From a virus, in IMG/VR virus record IMGVR_UViG_3300036770_006330: DNA of 64,000 nt, one strand, 5' to 3'. The notes under the pieces are model-generated. The model saw only the letters and a list, made by a program, of their open reading frames with translations, had not been told where the DNA came from and made no database searches. The translations under genes were made by a program, and so were the position numbers. Positions 17,851 through 27,600 of the stretch are shown in pieces. Each line of letters opens with the position of its first letter. The stretch's first letter is position 1.

Positions 17851-20133
17851 ATGGCTTGGAACTCCTCTAAAAACAAGTCACTTGGCTCGGCTTCGGAAAA
17901 ATCCATTCTTGGCCCAGGTGCTCCAGTTGCATTCAACGCTGGCACGGTCGGCAAGCCGTATCGCGACTCGTGGGATATTGAGCGGGCATACCGCGAGGGG
18001 ATGCAGAAGGTTACTTGGGTCAATCGGTGCATTGACGCAATCGCAGGAAATCAGGCGCGGCTCCCAGTAATTCTACGAAAAGATAATTCTCCGGATGGGA
18101 AAATTGTCACCGACAATAAAGACAATAAAATTCTCGACCTTCTTAATACAAAGTCGAACATCGGTGAAAACTCTTTCGTGTTCAGATATCGACTCTCGTC
18201 ACAACTCTTGCTTTCGTCGCGTGGAGCTTTCATCGAAAAGGTCCGTGGCAGGGACGGAAGCATTATTGGTCTTCACCTACTCCCCCCTCAGCACACTGCG
18301 CCAATCCCGCACCCAAAGACATTTGTCTCTGGTTTCGAAGTTGACATGCGCAATGGAACAAAAATTACGCTAAAGCCAGATGACGTTGTTTGGATTCGCA
18401 AGCCACACCCGCTTGACCCCTACCTCTCGCTTACTCCACTCGAGTCAGCCGGTATTGCAGTAGAAATTGAAAATCTTTCAAAAATATACAATCGCAACTT
18501 TCTCCTAAATGACGGACGTCCTGGTGGCTTGCTTGTCGTGCGTGGAGAAATAGATGACGACGACAAAGACGAATTGCGCAGCAGGTTTAGGGGCAATATA
18601 AACCGTGCTGGCGCAATAACAGTTGTGTCTTCAGATGAGGGAGTGGACTTCGTCGACACCGGCTCTAATCCGCGCGATGCGAACTATATCCAAATGCGCC
18701 AAATCACCAAAGAAGAAATTCTTGCTTCATTTGGTGTACCAGAATCAGTAATCGGAAATGCTGCAGGCCGCACATTCAGCAACGCAGCCGAAGAACACCG
18801 TGTCTTTTGGAATGAGACGATGCTCCCGCACATGGAACTGATTGGACGCGGGCTAGATGAACTCGACGACGAGTACTACATCGATTTCGACACATCAGAA
18901 GTGCCAATTCTTGTTTTGTACAAACAGGAACGTGAAAGATATTTGCTTGATGAGTTTCAGAACGGCCTCATCAGCGGCAACGAATACAGAAAAGGAACTG
19001 GCCGAAAGTCGATTGATTCGGACCTGATGCAAGCCATGTTGGCGAATCCAAACCTGACTCCGATTGGATACACAGACAAGAAGTTTGATTCAACACAGCA
19101 AGCGCAGATGGCTGGAGCTCAACCTGGAGTCCCCGGTGTCGCTGCGGCAGGGATGATGCCAGCCCCAGAGGCAGCTGCCCCAGGTGCGGAACAGGCGCCA
19201 CCAGCTCAGCCGCAAGGTCCGCAGGAGCTTCCGGCACAGATGGTTAATTTTAATGAAAAGCCAAACACGATGACTGAGGCGTTAGCTGCCGAACAAACGC
19301 AACAGCCAGCTCAGCAGCAGCCGGTAATGGCTTCGCCAACAGCTTTGTCGGCATTCGGTTCTGATATGCAATTCAAGTCTGAGACAAAAGAGGTTTCCGA
19401 TTGGGATGCGAAAGCGGAAGAGAATGCAGATAGATGGGTTGAAATTTTGGACCGCAACATTGAGCGTCTGTTTGAGCGTCAACAGCGGGTAGTCCTTGAA
19501 AAGGCAACCGGCGCAAAGTCGAAGAAACTAATTTCGGCAAACACCCTCACGGTTGAGAATATTTTTGATGATGAGGTGTGGGACAAGCAGCTTGAAGACG
19601 ATATTCGTCCTGTCATCTCTGGCATAACCGCAGACGCAGCCAGACTAATTACTGAGCAAACCGGCATGCCTGTCGACATTGATGATGAAGAGGTGAAACA
19701 GGTCGCCGAAGCGCAGATGGAACGAATTAAGAAAGTAAACCAAAACACCAAGGGCGAAATTGCATCAGCAATTTTGATTGCAATGGCACTTGCTGATGAC
19801 GAAGACAAAGTAGGCATGCTAAAGGCAGCCCTTATGGCAATCTTCATGAATCTCATATCTCAGCGTCGCCGAATGATTGCCGAGCATGAGGGTCAGGCGG
19901 CATATAACGCCGGCGTTTATTTTGGGTCCAAGCAGGTCGGTGCAACAACAAAAACGTGGATTTCGAACAAGGACTCGAAAGTCCGGGCTGAGCACAGACT
20001 GCTGGATGGCGACACAGTCGAAATGGGCGAAAACTTCAGCGTCAACGGCCAGATGATTCGTTTTCCTGGTGACCCACAGGCGCCCATAGGGCTAACAGCC
20101 AACTGTAGGTGCAGACTCCGCTTCGCAATTTAG
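17851..20133 (+). CDS. HK97-family portal protein fused to a C-terminal MuF (SPP1 gp7-like) domain
   Basis: VNRCIDAIA, GLHLLPP, LTPLE, NDGRPGGLL, EILASFGVP portal motifs; Q/P-rich linker; KTWIS..DSKVRAEH..LDG...FPGDP...NCRC MuF motifs. Confidence 0.95.
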   Translation: MAWNSSKNKSLGSASEKSILGPGAPVAFNAGTVGKPYRDSWDIERAYREGMQKVTWVNRCIDAIAGNQARLPVILRKDNSPDGKIVTDNKDNKILDLLNTKSNIGENSFVFRYRLSSQLLLSSRGAFIEKVRGRDGSIIGLHLLPPQHTAPIPHPKTFVSGFEVDMRNGTKITLKPDDVVWIRKPHPLDPYLSLTPLESAGIAVEIENLSKIYNRNFLLNDGRPGGLLVVRGEIDDDDKDELRSRFRGNINRAGAITVVSSDEGVDFVDTGSNPRDANYIQMRQITKEEILASFGVPESVIGNAAGRTFSNAAEEHRVFWNETMLPHMELIGRGLDELDDEYYIDFDTSEVPILVLYKQERERYLLDEFQNGLISGNEYRKGTGRKSIDSDLMQAMLANPNLTPIGYTDKKFDSTQQAQMAGAQPGVPGVAAAGMMPAPEAAAPGAEQAPPAQPQGPQELPAQMVNFNEKPNTMTEALAAEQTQQPAQQQPVMASPTALSAFGSDMQFKSETKEVSDWDAKAEENADRWVEILDRNIERLFERQQRVVLEKATGAKSKKLISANTLTVENIFDDEVWDKQLEDDIRPVISGITADAARLITEQTGMPVDIDDEEVKQVAEAQMERIKKVNQNTKGEIASAILIAMALADDEDKVGMLKAALMAIFMNLISQRRRMIAEHEGQAAYNAGVYFGSKQVGATTKTWISNKDSKVRAEHRLLDGDTVEMGENFSVNGQMIRFPGDPQAPIGLTANCRCRLRFAI

Positions 20134-20220
20134 AACTTTACTAAAACTAGCTAATTCATTCGCCAGCTTTACCCATTTATTGTTTATTATTGTGAATACC
20201 ATTCGCAGAAAGTAACCAGA

Positions 20221-22704
20221 ATGAACAATCAAGTCCAGGACTTTACTGAAACTCAGTACAAGGCAATCCCAGGTCAAATCAGCACAAACGAATCGCAGGG
20301 CATCGTTGAATGCTTTGTTGCTGGTATCGGGAACAAGGACAGCGTTGGTGACATCTGCCTGCCTGGCTGTTTTAACGGGTCTCTTAAAAGACGCAAGCCA
20401 AGAGTTGTTTGGGGCCACAATTGGAATGAGCCAATCGGAAAAGTTCTAGAAATTTATGAAGTCGGCCCAAACGACCCACGCCTGCCGGCAAAAATGAAAG
20501 CCAACGGAATCGGTGGCCTCTTTGCAAAGGTTCAGTTCAATCTCAAGTCCGAGCGCGGTCGCGAAGCTTTTAGCAACGTGCAATTCTTTGGCGAGGAGCA
20601 AGAGTGGTCGATTGGTTATAAAACTCTTGATGCAGTGTTTGATTCAACCAAGCAAGCCAACATGCTCAAAGAAGTTGAGCTGTATGAGGTGAGCCCGGTC
20701 CTGCATGGCGCCAATCAGCTCACGGGGACCATTTCAATCAAGTCAGATAAACCACTCAAGGACCCCAAGGGCGGATTGACCGCAGCAGGACGCGCACACT
20801 TCAAGAGAACCGAAGGCGCCAATCTCAAACCTGGCGTGAAGGGTCCAGCAGATACACCAATGAAGATGCGACGCAAGGGCTCATTCCTTACCCGTTTTTT
20901 CACCAATCCATCTGGTCCGATGAAAGATGAAAAGGGTCGCCCGACTCGACTTGCTCTCTCCGCTGCCGCATGGGGTGAGCCAGTTCCAAAGAATGCACAA
21001 GATGCAGCGCGTCTTGCGGCTAAGGGTCGCAGACTTCTCGAGCGCTATGAAAACTCAAAGAAGTCGGATGAAGCGTTTGAAGAAGTAGATGAAAAGAACG
21101 TACAGATTTACTCAATTTCAGACGCTTCGCAGAATCCAATAATCGGGCGCATGGGCAATCTCGCGAAGGCTCTTTCTTCCCACTTTGGTGGCGAAGTGGC
21201 GGTGCGAGAGGCGGACAGCAATGTCGTTGTTTTCGACATTGCAAAAGACGGCAAGTCCGAGACAATGAGGGCGTCTTACCACACTCCGAATGAATCAGAT
21301 TTTATGTTCGGAGCCGCACAACCAGTCCGAGTAGAAACAATCTACTTGCCGCTTGATTCAGATGGAATGCCATCCGGGTCTCCGATTCCTTCGAGTCCAA
21401 ATATGCTTAACTCCCCCCAGAAAACTGGATGTGGATGTGGTGGAGCATGCGGAATGAAGTCGTCTCCATTCGCAACATGGGAACAGTTTAAAAATGACAC
21501 ACCTGGCATCCACATGTTTGTCAAAACTGCGAATATGGAAATGTACGAAGTTGCAAACGAAATCGCTGATTACCACGGTTTTGATGTTGAGCTGCTCGAG
21601 GATGGCTTTGCCATTGCGAACATTGACTGGTACGAAGAAGATGCCAGAAAGGCTCTTGTATCAGCAATCGAGGCAATTGAACTGAAGGCATTTGCCCGCG
21701 CAGCGAGAGCGCCACTTGGAGCAGCACGACGCGCTCGACGAATGGTTAAACCCTCGTCGTTCGACGGCGATGGTGACGGCATGAGAACTGGCCCAGATGG
21801 AAGAGACAACATTCCATATAGGAAGCCAAATGTTCCATCAATGATGCCCCCGCGAAGGGAGCCAACTGAAGTTCCCGAGCGCGAGAGAAAACCAACGGTA
21901 ATCCCAAGAACCGTTCCGCGCCCGCAGCCAGCTCCAACCCCCGCCCCCGCACCAGTACGTCCGAAGACTCCAGCAAGACCGGGGACGCCAGGTGCTGTTT
22001 CTGGAAGAATGGGCTCTTCGCGTAGAGGTTCAAAGCTCAAACTGACGGATGCTGAGATTTACAAGCAGCGCATGGCGGGTGCCTCACTCGAAGATATGGC
22101 AAAGAAGCTCGGAGTAGAGCGAATTGATATTCGCCGTGCAGAGCAAAGGCATATGCAGAAGATGCGCAAGAGCCCGTCAGCGATACTCGAACAGTTGAGG
22201 GCGCTTGAAATGGACCCGTCTTCGCCATCAGGAACTCCACAACGGGCGATGGAGAGAGCGGTTGAAATGCTGGCCGAACAAAACTCTATGTCCGCCGAAC
22301 AGGTGCGGGCAAGGATACGTCGAGCTTTGGCTAACGAGCGTAAAAAGAATATGACCAAGTCCGCTCAGGACGCAAGGTCTTTGGCGGCGTCTATACACAT
22401 ATCCATTTCTGAGAACTCAGACGTGTTTGTCAAGTCGTACTGCTCTGCAGTATCAGACGAACATCGAGCAGTGATAATTCCGATTGAAAACGAATTTATT
22501 GCTGAGTTTAAGGACGCTATGGAAACTGTTGGCAGTTACCACAACGTAACAATGGAGTTCATTGACAACGCAGTAAAGATTACGAATGCGGCAGAACTTA
22601 CGGATGATGCGGTCGAGGCGTTGTCTAATGTTGTTCATTCAACTTTGATGACGGTTCCGGTAGAAGACTCTGAAATCGCAAGAGTGCTTGGCCTCACGGT
22701 CTAG
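20221..22704 (+). CDS. HK97-type prohead protease with a long multidomain C-terminal extension
   Basis: GNKDSVGD..PGCF, VWGHN..EPIG, WSIGY, LYEVSPV..GAN; then a DUF6321-like block (KDPKGGLTAAGR...RLALSAAAWG), a repeated domain, DGDGDG and VSGRM motifs, and an HTH. Confidence 0.92.
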   Translation: MNNQVQDFTETQYKAIPGQISTNESQGIVECFVAGIGNKDSVGDICLPGCFNGSLKRRKPRVVWGHNWNEPIGKVLEIYEVGPNDPRLPAKMKANGIGGLFAKVQFNLKSERGREAFSNVQFFGEEQEWSIGYKTLDAVFDSTKQANMLKEVELYEVSPVLHGANQLTGTISIKSDKPLKDPKGGLTAAGRAHFKRTEGANLKPGVKGPADTPMKMRRKGSFLTRFFTNPSGPMKDEKGRPTRLALSAAAWGEPVPKNAQDAARLAAKGRRLLERYENSKKSDEAFEEVDEKNVQIYSISDASQNPIIGRMGNLAKALSSHFGGEVAVREADSNVVVFDIAKDGKSETMRASYHTPNESDFMFGAAQPVRVETIYLPLDSDGMPSGSPIPSSPNMLNSPQKTGCGCGGACGMKSSPFATWEQFKNDTPGIHMFVKTANMEMYEVANEIADYHGFDVELLEDGFAIANIDWYEEDARKALVSAIEAIELKAFARAARAPLGAARRARRMVKPSSFDGDGDGMRTGPDGRDNIPYRKPNVPSMMPPRREPTEVPERERKPTVIPRTVPRPQPAPTPAPAPVRPKTPARPGTPGAVSGRMGSSRRGSKLKLTDAEIYKQRMAGASLEDMAKKLGVERIDIRRAEQRHMQKMRKSPSAILEQLRALEMDPSSPSGTPQRAMERAVEMLAEQNSMSAEQVRARIRRALANERKKNMTKSAQDARSLAASIHISISENSDVFVKSYCSAVSDEHRAVIIPIENEFIAEFKDAMETVGSYHNVTMEFIDNAVKITNAAELTDDAVEALSNVVHSTLMTVPVEDSEIARVLGLTV

Positions 22705-22707
22705 ACG

Positions 22708-23094
22708 ATGCGTGACAATAACCTGTTGACAACGGCGCTGAACAACGCCACCAGGCTTCGCGATAAATCAATCATTAACGGCGATTTGAAGTCTGTGAGC
22801 AAATACGAAACAATTATTGACGAGCTGAGTGACGCAATTGAAAATGCGCAACTCGCTCCAGAGTTGATTGCATACAGAGTGAAGTCGTCGCGCTTTCTTA
22901 GACCGAAATCAAAACCCAACGTCAGCCGTAGTAACCCTGTTATGGGTTATGCTAAACCTATACAACATCAACGAATTTCATACAAATACAACTGCATGGT
23001 TACTGGCATAAAGCGCATGGATACGTGCGCTGGATGCAGTAATCCAAAAGGTTGTCTTTCGAATTCGATGCAATACAAGGAGCATCAGACATGA
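22708..23094 (+). CDS. Hypothetical protein with a C-terminal 4-Cys motif
   Basis: CMVTG...CAGCSNPKGC; ATGA-coupled to the next gene. Confidence 0.6.
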   Translation: MRDNNLLTTALNNATRLRDKSIINGDLKSVSKYETIIDELSDAIENAQLAPELIAYRVKSSRFLRPKSKPNVSRSNPVMGYAKPIQHQRISYKYNCMVTGIKRMDTCAGCSNPKGCLSNSMQYKEHQT

Positions 23095-24587
23095 CCGAGA
23101 AAGCAGCAGTCGTGAAATTGAACTCGGACGGTGAACTCGTCCAGTGCGCTAAGGGTCTTGCTGGCTCGGAGTGTGGCTATAAGGCTGGAGCAAAGGTATG
23201 TGGCAAGTGCGGCGCCATGGCTGTATCGATGAAAGATGACGAGAAAGAAGTTTCTGTGAAGCAGATGAAAAAGAAGAAGATGGCCGGTATGGTCGCCATG
23301 AATGCCAACCTCGATGAGGAAATGGACGACACCGACATGGAAGACACGGAAGACGAGGAATCGGAGGACATGGAGCTTGTTGACGACGAGTCAATGGATG
23401 ACGACATGGACGAAGAGGACATGGACGATGAAGAGGACATGGACGAAGAGGACATGGAGTCTGACGAAAAGATGATGTGGAGCGATGACGAGGATGACGA
23501 CATGTATGTCCGCCGTGCTGCGCCCAAGAAGAAAAAGAAGCAGTCGATGGAGGCCTCAGAAGCTGAAGTTGCAGCCGAAGAAGATGACGAAGACATCTAT
23601 GCAGATGAAATGGCGACAAGAAGCAAGATGCGCCGCAGAAGGCTTACAAGCATGGGCTACAAGTCAGAAGACTTTGATGATTCTGCATTTGTTTGCGCGA
23701 TTGACAAGAAGGTCTATCCAGGCGCCGCCAATGTGTGCGATAACTGCGTGGGTGGATGCGTTGCCGAAAAGGGAATGCCGGCGCTTATTGAAATCGAGGG
23801 CATGGCCGAGGATATGTTCAGAGGAAAGATTCTTGACTCTGGATATTCAGATGAGGCAGACCTGTTCATCGTTGACGTAGAGCGCAAGGACGGAAAGCCG
23901 ATTGAGGTGTTCTTCGACGGTTCAACCGGCGAGATGATGGGTTGGCACAGACTCCCAGAAGACGTAATGCAGGTCAAGTCGGGCTTGCAGAACAAGGTAA
24001 TGATTAGCTTTGGCGAAGCGGCTGACCTTGCCGTCAAGTCCGTTGATGGAGAAATAATTGCTGTAGAGCCAGACGTATTTGAGGGCTTTGATGTTTACGC
24101 CGTAGAAATCGAAGGCGTTAACGGAAAGTCGTATGACGTCTTCGTCTCTCTCGATGGCGAGGTGCTCGGATATGACGAGTACACGATGGAAGAAGCTTCG
24201 GAGATTGAAGCAGAGGCTGCTGAAATTGCCCTCAAGCGCGCATACTCGGAAGAGTCGCGTGGCGAGATGGCGAAGCGCGGAATGGCGCTTCCAGACGGGT
24301 CGTACCCAATCAAGGATGAAGCAGACCTCCGTAACGCAATTCAGGCATTTGGAAGAGCGAAGGACAAGTCAGCGGCAAAGGCGCACATCATGAAGCGCGC
24401 TGTTGACCTCGGCCTTGAAGACCTGATTCCAATGAATTGGGTTTCCAAGGATGACATGGAAAAGGCCAAGGGCGAAAAGTCTGCCGAGACGGCAGTTGCG
24501 TCAGACGAGTCGAAGTTCCTGTCAAGCCTCATGGAATTTGAAATGCTCACAGTCGAAGAGGAACTCAACGGCCCGAAATCCGAATAG
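23091..24587 (+). CDS. Acidic multidomain head-module protein: Cys motifs, two PepSY-like domains, DUF6582-like domain
   Basis: AAGGAG RBS before ATG 23091; D/E/M-rich tract; two 'EA..IA.....G.I..VE......Y.VE....G...EV..D..GE.L'-type repeats; GMALPDGSYPIKD..DL.NAIQAFGR...AKAHI.KRA..LG...LIP..W. Confidence 0.65.
   Translation: MTEKAAVVKLNSDGELVQCAKGLAGSECGYKAGAKVCGKCGAMAVSMKDDEKEVSVKQMKKKKMAGMVAMNANLDEEMDDTDMEDTEDEESEDMELVDDESMDDDMDEEDMDDEEDMDEEDMESDEKMMWSDDEDDDMYVRRAAPKKKKKQSMEASEAEVAAEEDDEDIYADEMATRSKMRRRRLTSMGYKSEDFDDSAFVCAIDKKVYPGAANVCDNCVGGCVAEKGMPALIEIEGMAEDMFRGKILDSGYSDEADLFIVDVERKDGKPIEVFFDGSTGEMMGWHRLPEDVMQVKSGLQNKVMISFGEAADLAVKSVDGEIIAVEPDVFEGFDVYAVEIEGVNGKSYDVFVSLDGEVLGYDEYTMEEASEIEAEAAEIALKRAYSEESRGEMAKRGMALPDGSYPIKDEADLRNAIQAFGRAKDKSAAKAHIMKRAVDLGLEDLIPMNWVSKDDMEKAKGEKSAETAVASDESKFLSSLMEFEMLTVEEELNGPKSE
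23403..23459 (+). repeat. Imperfect 15/18-nt coding tandem repeat (GACATGGACGAAGAG; DMDEE)
   Basis: About 3.5 copies read directly from the sequence. Confidence 0.8.
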
Positions 24588-24658
24588 GGTAAGATGGTTG
24601 TTGTTCCAGCAAAAAAATAGGCGCAAGCGACTGAGCGGTCGCGCCCCAGGAGCAACAA

Positions 24659-27600
24659 GTGGGAAACTCTAATCCAGATTTTGCGAATAAAGCCCTAAGG
24701 GACATTTCGCGACGCGGTGATTTCGAAATTGAGTTTGTACCCACGCTTGCCACCAAGGCGGATAAATCTCCGAAGACTGACGAAGCAGAAAAAGAAAAGT
24801 CGTACGCCAACGCGTATGACGAATACATCAAAACATGGGAGCCGGGTGACGTTCTCCCCATTGTCCCACCAGGAATAAAGTGGCATCTTTGCAGATTTAA
24901 TCCAAGCCGTCTTGCCCAAGAATCTGAAGTTTTTGAGGTCGAGGGGCAGCCATCTGGGCTAAAACAAAAAAGTCTTGAGGACCAGATTGAAATCGATTAC
25001 AAGGTACTCGGCAGAAAATTGAGAGATAGCGTTGAGTCGCTGCTTCGAAGAGCGGCAGGTGCACGCGGACTTTGGGTGGACGACAAGAATAAACTTAGGT
25101 GTCCTCCGGGTACTCCAGCCGCAAACCAGTTTACCGACATCACGGGAGCAAACTGTTTCATTCCGACACCCCGTACAGCCGCGCAGAGTGGTGCGCGAGC
25201 AGTGAGGCGAGCAGCACAGGGCGCAATGGCCCGCGGAGCACAAGTCGGAGAGCGAGTACCCGAGACATTCGATTTCGCCCGTGCGACCCAAGCCCAAATA
25301 CAAGAGCTTGGATTTGAACGCGCACAAGAAGTGATGGCTGTCGGCGGAAGAATATCTCCTCCAGATGGAACAATTCCAACCGTCATTTCTGGAGCAATGA
25401 ATGTTCCAAACGCTCTTCGAATAGGAGCCCCAAGACCACAACAGCAAAGACAAGGAAGGGGTTCTGGTTTCCGTGGAGCGCCTCCCGGGAAGGGGGGAGC
25501 CCAAGGTGTGTGGCTACCAGGCCTTCGTGAGCAAATCTATAGAGGCAAAAGACTTACAGAACTTGCTGATTCACTAGACCAAAGAATAAGAAATCCGAAA
25601 TTGCCGAACGGACTGTTTCTGCCAACCGGAATGCCAGTTGGCGACATTAGAAATAAGCAAGAGTTCGTAAATGCCCTAAGCGCAATTTTCCCCAATGTTG
25701 ACCCGGCCGAATGGGGACAATTGTTTGATAACTCAATTCCACAAAATTTGTCTTACGTTGAGAAAAAACGCCTAAAGGAAGCGCTCGTATCATTTTGGCA
25801 AGGAATAATTGCTGAGGGAATTGCGAATCCACAGCACGCTCAGTGGGTTACTCAGATGAATATTGAAACAACTGGCGAAGACGCTTTTCGTGTTGACCTA
25901 ACGCCATACGCTCCGGACATTGTTTATGGCGGAAGACGAGCGTCTGCCACGGCGCTAAAACTGCAAAGCGGGCAAAAGGCATACGAAACAGGCGGTGTGC
26001 ACTTCTCCCTAAACATCAACCCTTTAAAGATGTATCAGCAAGCATTGGGAATAGGGTTCGATAAAAACGGCCGTGCCAACGGCGTTGTTGACTCAATCCA
26101 GGGTGATATGCATTATATGGCAACGCATGAGTTTGGGCATATTGCGCACTTCAGCTCAGCAATGCGCGCGCTTGGGTTTGACCCTAATAATTTGAACAGG
26201 TACCAACTGCAGCGCTCGCTTGTGGCTGGACAAGGTGGCCCACAGTGGCAACCGAAGGAAGGTGTTGGGGCTTGGGTTATCGATTTCACAAAAGCCAAAA
26301 ACCCTCTGAATAGCCCAAGTATTGACCTACTTATCGACGCTGCTCAAAACCTCAGGACAAGAACGTATACAGGGTATCGAACCTATTCGCGACAAGAGCT
26401 CGAGCGAGACCTTAACAATTTCCACATGGCCCTTCACGAGGCCGTACTCAATAACATCACCGATACGGCCGAAGAGCGTGAATTGATGAATCAGTTCGCA
26501 GGCGGCGCCTATGGCGCATCAAGCCCGATTGAGGTTCGCGCAGAATATTACGCAGCGCGCAGGCTTTTCAGCGGAGAAAAGGGACAACAAGACAATGTTG
26601 ACCTATTTGCAGATGCTCTTTCCAAGGCGCAGAATTCTCCATATAACGCGCAGCAAATCCGCCAAATACTGGATGATTCGGGCAAAAGAACGTTTGGCGT
26701 GTCCGGGCGAAACTGGAATATCAGCGGAAGAATGCAGTCGGCACAAAATCAACAACCGTCCCTTAAGACGAGGGCGGTTAGACGTGCGGTAGCCCAGCAG
26801 GGCGGAGGACGCAGGTCGTCGGGGAGCATATCTGGCTCAATGAGGGCTCCAGGAGTCGATAGGAGCGTCGCGAGTTCTAGAGACTGGAAAGCAGACGACA
26901 CATTAAACAATCGATTCAATATTGAGGGCGAGCTATTCTCGGCGCGCGACATAGAAGCATCATTGCCGTCGATGATACGCACAACTCGCACAACCCAGCC
27001 AAGACAGCTTCGGTCAATATCTGGAAGTATGAAAATGATGGCTGACCCTGATGCGCGTCCGTACGGCAAAATACGAGATGGTGGAAATATTAGAGACATT
27101 GAAGTTGAGGGCAAGCAGTACTCATTTAATGGTGAAAAAATAATTTTTGATAACCCTGAAATATCTTACGAGGACCAATCAGTAAAAGTAATTGCGCGAA
27201 ATCCATTTGCGATAACGGGCATGGACGAAACCAGCACAAAGGGTAGGCAGCTGGCGGAGAAGTGGACGGCAGCACACATAGGAAACGGCTTAGACAGCGG
27301 CCGTGAATCCACAGAAATTGATGCACTCCTGTACGCGGGAACAAGGGGCGACACGGAAGCCATGGAGGAATTCGAAAGACTTGCAGGCATTGGACAGCAA
27401 GCGATTGACGATAAGAAGAGACAACAAAAGACAGAAGTAAACTTAAGCCAATCTCAGTTGTCGGAAATACGTCGTGAAGGCCTGGATGACTTGAGTGTGG
27501 ATGACCTATACATAATCCACGAGACCGGCTACACACCGCAACCAGATGCAAACGGTGATATTGAAATAAAACCGCTGTCCGATTTCGACACGACAACCAA

